Source: Promethearchaeota archaeon (lineage in GTDB: Archaea; Asgardarchaeota; Lokiarchaeia; Sigyniarchaeales; Promethearchaeaceae). From it: a DNA stretch of 32,000 nt. The notes beneath the pieces are model-generated. The model had not been told where the DNA came from, ran no database searches, and worked only from the letters and a program-made list of their open reading frames with translations. Both the position numbers and the translations under genes were made by a program. Below, in pieces: positions 1-7,601 of the stretch (positions are counted from its first letter, which is position 1; the number at the start of each line of letters is the position of its first letter). The stretch covers positions 180,001 through 212,000 of the forward strand of contig JAFGBS010000014.1 in NCBI GenBank assembly GCA_016933055.1, in the 5' to 3' direction.

Positions 1-534
1 ATCAATAATAGCATAATCTGGAACTAAATTATTATGACGAAGAGATTTTTTAAAACCATCATCTCCGGGACGGCTCAACACGGCATTTTTAGTAGCTTCA
101 GACCCCGTACCAGAAGTTGTTGGAATGGCAATAAATGGAATTTTTTTACCATCATGTTTTTTGGTACCTATGCCTTCGAGATAGTCCTCCACTGGAACAT
201 CATGAAGAATCATAGCTGATACAGCTTTGCCAGTATCGATAGTAGATCCTCCCCCAATTGCGACCACTATATCAATTTCCGAGTGTTTATATTTTTTTAC
301 AAGCGAATTTATAGAATTTGGGGAAGGTTCTCGCAAAACTGTTTCGTGATATATTGTTTTAGGTTCAATCGCTTCCATTAATTGGTCAAATTTCCCTTTT
401 GAGTTTAAAATATCTTTAGGAGCGGATATTAATAATATCTTTTTTGTATAATTGGGCAAAATAGTGTTTATTTCTTTAACTTTTCCTATTCCAAATAAAA
501 TAGTAGGAATTTTCGTGAAATTAAATGAAAGCAT
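1..534 (-). CDS. Iron-containing (type III) alcohol dehydrogenase, 3'-truncated by the window edge
   Basis: Absent from the ORF track because it has no stop in the window. My translation from the ATG at 534 reads MLSFNFTKIPTILFGIGKVKEI...REPSPNSI...IDIVVAIGGGSTIDTGKAVS...PFIAIPTTSGTGSEATKNAVLS...KKSLRHNNLVPDYAIID. GGGSxxDxxK and IPTTxGTGSE are Fe-ADH family motifs. Confidence 0.93.
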   Translation of the reverse strand, partial: MLSFNFTKIPTILFGIGKVKEINTILPNYTKKILLISAPKDILNSKGKFDQLMEAIEPKTIYHETVLREPSPNSINSLVKKYKHSEIDIVVAIGGGSTIDTGKAVSAMILHDVPVEDYLEGIGTKKHDGKKIPFIAIPTTSGTGSEATKNAVLSRPGDDGFKKSLRHNNLVPDYAIID

Positions 535-646
535 GAATTTTACTTAGATGATTGTGTTTTTATACTCTCTTCATATTTCAACGCTAAAAAATGTTCATTG
601 AATTCTTAAAAGGAACATTTTTCTAGTACAACGGCAATGTGCAATT

Positions 647-3600
647 ATGGTATCAAACAAATCAGTATTATTACTCCGATTGCTTTTTTATATCTTTTTT
701 CTGGGTTTTGCTCTAGCTCAGCTATTTTTTTATGGTATTTTAATGATGATCCCAATGGATCTGATGTTTTTTGCTGAAGAAAATGCGAATGTGTGGGGAT
801 TTTTAGTACCATTTTGCATTGGATCGTTTTCTTTGTATGTTCTTCATATAACAAAAACGAAATCAAACCCAAAATTCACTGAATATTTTCGAAAATTCTC
901 AGTAGGAGTGGGTTTACTGCTGAATATCATTTTTAGTGGAGTTTTATTGCTGATATTTATCCGATTTGCCAAATATAATCATGAACCATGGCTAATTCAA
1001 GGTGGCTGGTTCATGAGATCTCATGGAATTATTTGGAGTTTCCTTCTGGGAGCTCTTGTTTTCACTGGTATTCAAGTAATAGATGAATTAATGCTACTCA
1101 AGCAGCTTTTTGATTCAGATTTATCTCTAAAAATTGGTAAAGCAAAATGGAATTTCACTATAGGCTCTCTTGTAGCCTTATTTACCTTTCTATTCACATT
1201 AGTGTTTTCTGGCTTCCTATTGCTATTTTATCGAGTTTACACCTTATATGGTGCGTTCTTGTTCACCTTTATTATATTAATAGGATTTTCGATAATATAT
1301 ATTGGAACGAAAGGAATTCAATTCCCATTTTATTATAAGATTGCGCAAATTAAGCGTTCAGAACCTAGTACAACTCCGTTAAATACTTCAGAAAGAAAGA
1401 AAAATGTAGGGAAATCAGCTTTATTCCTTTTCATCTCTTCAATTTCTCTAATCATAATGATATTATATTTCTTCGATATCAAATTCCTCTTCCCTTATCC
1501 TCCAGGTGTAAATGCAAACCGTTTTATTTTTCCGATTCAGCAACCTCTAACAATAGTGTTAGGTGTATTTGTGGGAATCGTTGTGATTGGGGGATTTTCA
1601 CGTTTTATCCTACAAAACTCAGTGTTTGGTAAAATTGAACTTACATCTAATAGACAAGCTAACCGAATCATTCGCGCTTTATTCGGTATTGGGATTTTTA
1701 CTGCAGTGACATTCATAATCATAATTTTTGGATTATCTCTGTATATTTTCGAGTTTACTCTTTATCTTCCCCAAGTTATTAGTTACACATTTATATGGGC
1801 GGCACTCGGTGTTATTGTTTTTCTTATAAGTGAGAAACTAGTTCTTAAGTCCAGGTTACGCCAGACCTTATCATTCACTATGATTATTATTGCATTCCTA
1901 TTGATCATTACAAATTTCTGGAAATTAGCTTTGGATTTGAGTGAAAACAATCAGAGTTTTAAAAGTGGAGCTTTTGACATATATTTTCCGTTTGAATTTC
2001 TCTTCAGTAATAAAAACATAATCATGATTGGGCTATCTATGGGATTTCTATTGAGTTTTTTGATGAAAACACTGATAAAAGGATTAAAAACCACAGAAAT
2101 GTCAAAATATAAAAATTCCACATCGATTTTATTCTTTTTCTTAGCACCTGTGGCGATAGGGTGCTTGGTAGGCTTCAGTTCATTGATAATTGATCTTCCT
2201 GGAGGGAATCCCACATTAGCAATGTACAGTTCTGACTTAATCCTTCCTATTATTCGAATAGGCATCATCATCGTTTTGGTCCTCCTATTAGTTCGGTTCA
2301 ATCTGGTAGCAGATCTTGAAGATAAGAAAGAAATTCTGAAAAAACAAAAAGCACCATCTCCACACATAAAGGATGTGTTCACAAATATTACGGAATCTAC
2401 CTCGAGAAATAAAATAAAAGCTACCATGCTAATTAGTATATTTCTTGTGAGTATGGTGTCAGGTGGATTGGGGGTTATTATAGGTATAACCGCCCTAAAT
2501 TCTCGATCCATGCCTTTATTGAAATCTACTTATGGGTATGACCTATGGGTAGCAAATTCCTCTGAACGTTTCAATCATCAAACCAAAATTGCCGTATCTG
2601 CTTCACCACAGATTGACCAAGTTACTTTTAACCTAGCAAAAAATGAGTATTATGCTTTCCAATTAGGATTAACTCTAAAATCAAAAGATCTATACTTCCA
2701 TTCCTACTATTTAACCGATTTCGTGGGAGTTGAGAATAGTTTAGAAGTAATCTCATCCGATTTTGCTCAATTACGATATGAAGATTATATTTTAGAAGAG
2801 GAATTTCCTGATAGACTTCTTCCTATAGAGGGAAATCCAATTCTGTTGAATAAAAGACAAACCCACATGTTTTGGTTTGATATTCGTACTCCTTATAATA
2901 TAACAGCTGGTAATTATGCAGGAATTCTCAAAATTACCTTTAAATTAGGAGACCGATATCTTGAAGAGAACATTCCCATTCGTTTTAATGTATGGGATTT
3001 TGCAATACCTTTTCGAAAACATGTAACCACTAGTGTGGGGGATGAAAGTGTTTCATCCGATGAGATATACAATCAAATGGTTGAAAGCTGGCATAAGCAT
3101 CGATTTAATATGTATGCCGAAGATATCAAAGGAACGGATGACTATCGTGTATTTGAAATTTATAATGGAGAACGCTATATCTATTACTTAAACAAGACAG
3201 ATGGATCCGTTACATTCAATTGGACACTTTGGGATCAGAAAATCGAGGCTCTCTTAAATGTTACAAATGCTCCGATGAATGGAATTCGAGTAGATTATAG
3301 CCTGGGGAGAAGTCTAAAAATTGGCAATGAAACGGAAAATCAATGGTTTCTCAATTGGTTAATCGAAGTAGAACAACATTTAGAATTGAGAGGATGGTTA
3401 AATATCTGCTATTATTACTTTGTAGATGAATTTACCTTATTTATCCCCGAAGAATATGAAAACCGAACCGCTTATTATGAAGCGGTAGAAGCACAACTCG
3501 CATCCATGAGATCTGTAGCACAAAAAATACGGATATTAGTAATTGCGCCCCCTCTTCCCGAATTGGAATCCATTAAGCCTTACATTAACATCTATGTACC

Positions 3601-4201
3601 CTTGAGTTACGATCGAAATGTAGAACAATGGGAACAAACGAAAAATAGGGATAAAAAGGAGATGTGGTTCTATACTTGTATTGGACCTTTCGCACCCTAT
3701 CCCAACGTCCACCTTTACAATCGACTCTTCGAAACACGTATACAAATGTGGAATACTTGGGCATGGGATATGGATGGATACCTCTTTTGGAGAGCAAATA
3801 GTTTTAATCACGGACAATATGGATTTGGGTATAATTCATGGGGGGATGGATGGTTCATTTACATAGATGAAGCGGAAAATCGAATATATGAGTCCATCAG
3901 ATGGGAGAATCTCGGGGATGGACAAGAAGACTATGAAATGTTCTGGTTATTAAATGCTACTCTTAATGAAATAGAAGAAAATGAGTTATTAGCACAAAGC
4001 GAGATAGATTTTTATCGGTCGGAACTCTATACAATAGTAAACACAGTTTCGGATGATTTTTTGGACTATACTAATAATCCTCATGATATCTATTGTGGTA
4101 TCGAGAGAATTGGACAAATTCTCCATTCCTTATCGCCAGTTATAGATATAAATGCAATTGGAGAAGCTCCTTGGTTTCCAATTTCAGGAGTAATCCCATA
4201 A
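647..4201 (+). CDS. Polytopic membrane protein (~15 TM segments) fused to a C-terminal DUF4091/GH123-like glycoside hydrolase domain
   Basis: Residues 1-~620 are a run of hydrophobic helices. The C-terminal half has YYFVDEF (DE pair), WFYTC, GYLFW, GDGWFIY and SIRWENLGDGQEDYE, which resemble DUF4091-family motifs. It also carries several N-x-S/T sequons. Confidence 0.75.
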   Translation: MVSNKSVLLLRLLFYIFFLGFALAQLFFYGILMMIPMDLMFFAEENANVWGFLVPFCIGSFSLYVLHITKTKSNPKFTEYFRKFSVGVGLLLNIIFSGVLLLIFIRFAKYNHEPWLIQGGWFMRSHGIIWSFLLGALVFTGIQVIDELMLLKQLFDSDLSLKIGKAKWNFTIGSLVALFTFLFTLVFSGFLLLFYRVYTLYGAFLFTFIILIGFSIIYIGTKGIQFPFYYKIAQIKRSEPSTTPLNTSERKKNVGKSALFLFISSISLIIMILYFFDIKFLFPYPPGVNANRFIFPIQQPLTIVLGVFVGIVVIGGFSRFILQNSVFGKIELTSNRQANRIIRALFGIGIFTAVTFIIIIFGLSLYIFEFTLYLPQVISYTFIWAALGVIVFLISEKLVLKSRLRQTLSFTMIIIAFLLIITNFWKLALDLSENNQSFKSGAFDIYFPFEFLFSNKNIIMIGLSMGFLLSFLMKTLIKGLKTTEMSKYKNSTSILFFFLAPVAIGCLVGFSSLIIDLPGGNPTLAMYSSDLILPIIRIGIIIVLVLLLVRFNLVADLEDKKEILKKQKAPSPHIKDVFTNITESTSRNKIKATMLISIFLVSMVSGGLGVIIGITALNSRSMPLLKSTYGYDLWVANSSERFNHQTKIAVSASPQIDQVTFNLAKNEYYAFQLGLTLKSKDLYFHSYYLTDFVGVENSLEVISSDFAQLRYEDYILEEEFPDRLLPIEGNPILLNKRQTHMFWFDIRTPYNITAGNYAGILKITFKLGDRYLEENIPIRFNVWDFAIPFRKHVTTSVGDESVSSDEIYNQMVESWHKHRFNMYAEDIKGTDDYRVFEIYNGERYIYYLNKTDGSVTFNWTLWDQKIEALLNVTNAPMNGIRVDYSLGRSLKIGNETENQWFLNWLIEVEQHLELRGWLNICYYYFVDEFTLFIPEEYENRTAYYEAVEAQLASMRSVAQKIRILVIAPPLPELESIKPYINIYVPLSYDRNVEQWEQTKNRDKKEMWFYTCIGPFAPYPNVHLYNRLFETRIQMWNTWAWDMDGYLFWRANSFNHGQYGFGYNSWGDGWFIYIDEAENRIYESIRWENLGDGQEDYEMFWLLNATLNEIEENELLAQSEIDFYRSELYTIVNTVSDDFLDYTNNPHDIYCGIERIGQILHSLSPVIDINAIGEAPWFPISGVIP

Positions 4202-4264
4202 ACAGCTGATACTAAAAAAATCCCGATCAAGGAACTATTAAACTACATCGTATTACCTTCTTGT

Positions 4265-6832
4265 ATGTCTAATAATTTTCAAATTATTGAAGGATTTGCG
4301 AGTACAGACGCCAAACCTCATTATCCTCCTAACTTGCAATTAGAACCCATACATCAGGCTATTAAGCTGACCTTTAATTTAGAAAAGAAAATTGCATGGG
4401 GATCTGTGACCACTACGATACGTGCAAATTCTGATAATGCAACAACAATAAAATTTGATGCCATCGATTTCACGATCAAATCTGTACAAGGAGCGGATTC
4501 CTATTCTTATGATGGCGAAAAAGTCACCATGACATGGAATACTGCTTGGAAGAGAGGGCAAATTCAAGAAATAGTTATTCAGTATTCAATTGAAGAACCC
4601 CTATCTGGATTGTATTTTTCTTATCCCGATGATAAATATCCTAACCGAATAGCTTATGTAGTAACGGATCACGAAACAGAACGTGCACGCTATCATATTC
4701 CATGCATAGATCATCCCGCGATTCGCTGTTCTATTGATTTTTATCTGACTGCAAATGAGAAATATACAATTCTTGCAAATGGAAGGTTAATCGAAGAAGG
4801 TAAGAATGGCGACGGAACTAAAACAGCCCATTGGAAGCAAAAATTCCCTTGCCCTTCCTATTTGATTACTTATGCAATTGGAGAGTTCGTAAATTTCACC
4901 GATAGTGTGGTAGATGCAGGTAAAGGGTCCATTCCCATTGCTTATTTTACGACTAATGACTTCACATCTGAAGCCCTTAAGCGTACCTTTGATAGAACTC
5001 CCGAAATGCTTGAGTGGATGACGAAGAAATTTAAATGCCCCCTCGAATGGGATAAATACTACCAAATTATTACTCCTCATTATGCTGGTGCCATGGAAAA
5101 TATCTCAATGGTAACTTGGGGATCCTTTGCACTGTTACATACCGAGGATGTTGCGAAGGAGTTATGGTGGAGAATAGATGCTATTAATGTCCACGAGATG
5201 TCACATTCGTGGTTTGGAGATATGATTGTTATTAGAGAGTTTACCCACGGATGGCTTAAGGAGTCTTGGGCTGTATACACCGAAAGTTGCTATTATGAAG
5301 ATACGAGAGACGAGGATGAATGGAAATATAATATGTATAATAATTCACTTAGATACAGAGAAGAATCTGACTCAAAATATGCCAGACCAATTGTTAATAA
5401 GACATATGATAGCAGTTGGGATATGTATGACCGTCACTTGTATCCAGGTGGTGCATGGAGGATTCATATGCTTCGGCACTTGATAAAAAACCATGTAAGT
5501 GATGAGTGCTTCTGGGAGGCTGTATCAGATTATTTGAACACCTATAAAGGGAAAGTAGTTGAAACTATAGATTTTCAGCGAAAACTAGAAGAACACTCCG
5601 GATTAAGTCTTCAATCGTTTTTTGATCAATGGTTATATTCTCCCGGTTATCCAAAACTGAAAGTTAAATTTAACTTTGACGAGAAATCTCACTTAGCATC
5701 TCTTAAACTTGACCAAACACAAATTGATGAGAAAAAAAACATTGGTGTATTTCAGTTTCCCCTGGAAATTATGTGGGAAACAGAGAATGGATCGTTTGAA
5801 CGGGAAAAATTCATTATTTCTGAAAAAGTGCAAACCTTGTATTTCAAATGTGTTAAAAAACCCAAGCAGATACGTATAGATCCTGATTATGTACTATTAT
5901 GCTCGTTAGAATTCAATCCAGGTACAGACATGCTAAAACAGCAATTGAAAACGGGTGATAGTATTGCGAAAATCCAAGCAGCAAAGGAATTAACAAAAAC
6001 GGGAAAGAAAAAAGACTTGGAAACCGTATTTCATGCGTATCGGGATGAAAAATACTGGGGGACTAAAGTGGAGCTAGCGAAATTATTGAAAGAGTCTCCC
6101 TCTTTATACGGAATGCGTCTTCTTAGGGATTTATTAGAAGACGAATCGGATCCATTAGTGCTGACTTCCTTGATTCATAATTTTGCAAATGTCAGGGAAT
6201 TCTTTGTATTTGATGCAATGAAGAACTATTTAAAACGACCTGTACACTATCCCTATGCTACAGCCACTGCTTTAGAAGTAATTGGCACTATGCGAACGGA
6301 TGAAGCGTATAAATTTTTAAACACCTATTCCCCACCTAAGGATCCTAAAAATATCGTTAAATCGGGCTTATATCGAGCAATAGGGAGTATTCGTACTGAG
6401 CAAGCTCTCGAATATCTGGTAAAGAAGATCCCATACGGTGAAGACGCAGAAAATTGTCGTTCAAGTATAGCTTCTGCTCTTATTTCCTCTCTGAGTTGGA
6501 TGAAGGAATCCGTAAGGAATCGGTATCTGGAAAAACTAACGGATATCATCCCCGGAGAGACTAACGAATTATTCTTGCATAATTTAGCTCGAATTATAAG
6601 CACCGTTAAGGATCCCTTGGTAATTACTGCGTTGAAAACGATTAAACGAAAACTAGCGAAACAAGATAAACCAGAGATCGATCGATTAATCCAAAAAGTA
6701 CAGAAAAGCTTAAGTACGGAAGAAGAAATTCGAAATCTAAAATCAGAAATAGATTCTGTTAAGAAATCATTGAAGAATTTGAAAGAAGTGGTAGAAAAAA
6801 TCGAAGCGAGAACAGCACCGGAAAAAAAATAA
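4265..6832 (+). CDS. M1-family zinc aminopeptidase (PepN-like) with C-terminal HEAT-like repeats and a terminal coiled coil
   Basis: GAMEN motif, HEMSH-x18-E zinc motif and catalytic Tyr in LYPGGAW. The C-terminal third is helical-repeat-like. Confidence 0.92.
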   Translation: MSNNFQIIEGFASTDAKPHYPPNLQLEPIHQAIKLTFNLEKKIAWGSVTTTIRANSDNATTIKFDAIDFTIKSVQGADSYSYDGEKVTMTWNTAWKRGQIQEIVIQYSIEEPLSGLYFSYPDDKYPNRIAYVVTDHETERARYHIPCIDHPAIRCSIDFYLTANEKYTILANGRLIEEGKNGDGTKTAHWKQKFPCPSYLITYAIGEFVNFTDSVVDAGKGSIPIAYFTTNDFTSEALKRTFDRTPEMLEWMTKKFKCPLEWDKYYQIITPHYAGAMENISMVTWGSFALLHTEDVAKELWWRIDAINVHEMSHSWFGDMIVIREFTHGWLKESWAVYTESCYYEDTRDEDEWKYNMYNNSLRYREESDSKYARPIVNKTYDSSWDMYDRHLYPGGAWRIHMLRHLIKNHVSDECFWEAVSDYLNTYKGKVVETIDFQRKLEEHSGLSLQSFFDQWLYSPGYPKLKVKFNFDEKSHLASLKLDQTQIDEKKNIGVFQFPLEIMWETENGSFEREKFIISEKVQTLYFKCVKKPKQIRIDPDYVLLCSLEFNPGTDMLKQQLKTGDSIAKIQAAKELTKTGKKKDLETVFHAYRDEKYWGTKVELAKLLKESPSLYGMRLLRDLLEDESDPLVLTSLIHNFANVREFFVFDAMKNYLKRPVHYPYATATALEVIGTMRTDEAYKFLNTYSPPKDPKNIVKSGLYRAIGSIRTEQALEYLVKKIPYGEDAENCRSSIASALISSLSWMKESVRNRYLEKLTDIIPGETNELFLHNLARIISTVKDPLVITALKTIKRKLAKQDKPEIDRLIQKVQKSLSTEEEIRNLKSEIDSVKKSLKNLKEVVEKIEARTAPEKK

Positions 6833-6839
6833 AAAAAAA
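6822..6839 (-). terminator. Possible archaeal oligo-T terminator for hsp20
   Basis: The minus strand reads T9-A-T8 about 75 nt past the hsp20 stop. It overlaps the lysine codons ending the convergent peptidase gene, so it is ambiguous. Confidence 0.3.
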
Positions 6840-6915
6840 TTAAAATAGGGTTGAATTTTTGATTATTAGCGCCCAATGCAACTACAATAAACAAGGCATT
6901 GTGTGGGAGTTAACC

Positions 6916-7518
6916 CTATTTTTTTACTAAATGAATGGTAACTATTCCGTGGTTTTCAGTTATTTTTATTTTTTTCTTGGGTTCAAAATTCAAACTTATT
7001 TTTCTCTTGTATTTGATAGTATCGTGTTCGGCGATAATGATCACTTCTTTTCCATCAATATCAACAGTTAAATCCTTTTCTGCTACACCAGGCATTTCAA
7101 GTACAAGTTCAACAGAACCGTTGTCTTCCACAACATCCATTATTGGAACCTTATATTCTGCATCAGAAGGTTTTTCTCCTTCTCCCAAGCCTAGGGTCAA
7201 CGGTTTTTTCTCACTTAAATCAATCAAATGACCGCCAAAGCGTTTCTGAATCCCACTTAGGAATCGGTCTACATCTTGTTCGGTTGCATCTCCAGATACG
7301 CGAATTTCAGGTTCTTTCATTCCAGTTTGATACTTATAAGAGATGGAATAGGATTTAGTTTTTCCATCATCACTGAATTTCGACCTAGGAGAGCGGAACT
7401 CAAAGATTTCATCGACGTCTTGAAACATATCATCGAATTCATCCCCAAAAAACGACCATTCCTTGAACATTTTTTTGATATTTTTATTCATATAATCGAA
7501 AATGTCTTCGTCAGGCAT
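6916..7518 (-). CDS. hsp20: Small heat-shock protein (Hsp20/alpha-crystallin family, archaeal type)
   Basis: Phe/Asp-rich N-terminal arm, then an alpha-crystallin core PIMDVVEDNGSVELVLEMPGVAEKDLTV...NHGIVTIHL. An SD-like GAGGTGA lies upstream of the ATG. Confidence 0.92.
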   Translation of the reverse strand: MPDEDIFDYMNKNIKKMFKEWSFFGDEFDDMFQDVDEIFEFRSPRSKFSDDGKTKSYSISYKYQTGMKEPEIRVSGDATEQDVDRFLSGIQKRFGGHLIDLSEKKPLTLGLGEGEKPSDAEYKVPIMDVVEDNGSVELVLEMPGVAEKDLTVDIDGKEVIIIAEHDTIKYKRKISLNFEPKKKIKITENHGIVTIHLVKK

Positions 7519-7535
7519 ATATTTTTTTCACCTCT

Positions 7536-7558
7536 TATAGTTAACTATAGGTTAACTA
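7536..7558 (-). promoter_or_regulatory. Dyad-symmetry element (candidate heat-shock repressor operator) in the hsp20 promoter
   Basis: TAGTTAAC-N5-GTTAACTA perfect inverted repeat (7538-7558) overlaps the perfect 14-bp palindrome TATAGTTAACTATA (7536-7549). It lies between a TATA-like TTTATTA (7562-7568, minus strand) and the SD. Confidence 0.55.
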
Positions 7559-7601
7559 ATCTAATAAAGGTTTGGATCTGGTTCCCAATAAAAGTGAAAA
7601 A

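Noticed and set aside
34-219. 61-aa plus-strand ORF
   Set aside because: It is an antisense shadow of the Fe-ADH gene (1-534, minus strand), which has clear motifs.
6325-6894. 189-aa antisense ORF and similar nested ORFs (e.g. 1951-2511, 14925-15683, 19911-21006, 22429-22803, 27431-28168)
   Set aside because: They lie opposite well-supported genes, have Phe/Ser/Ile-rich shadow composition and show no recognisable motifs.
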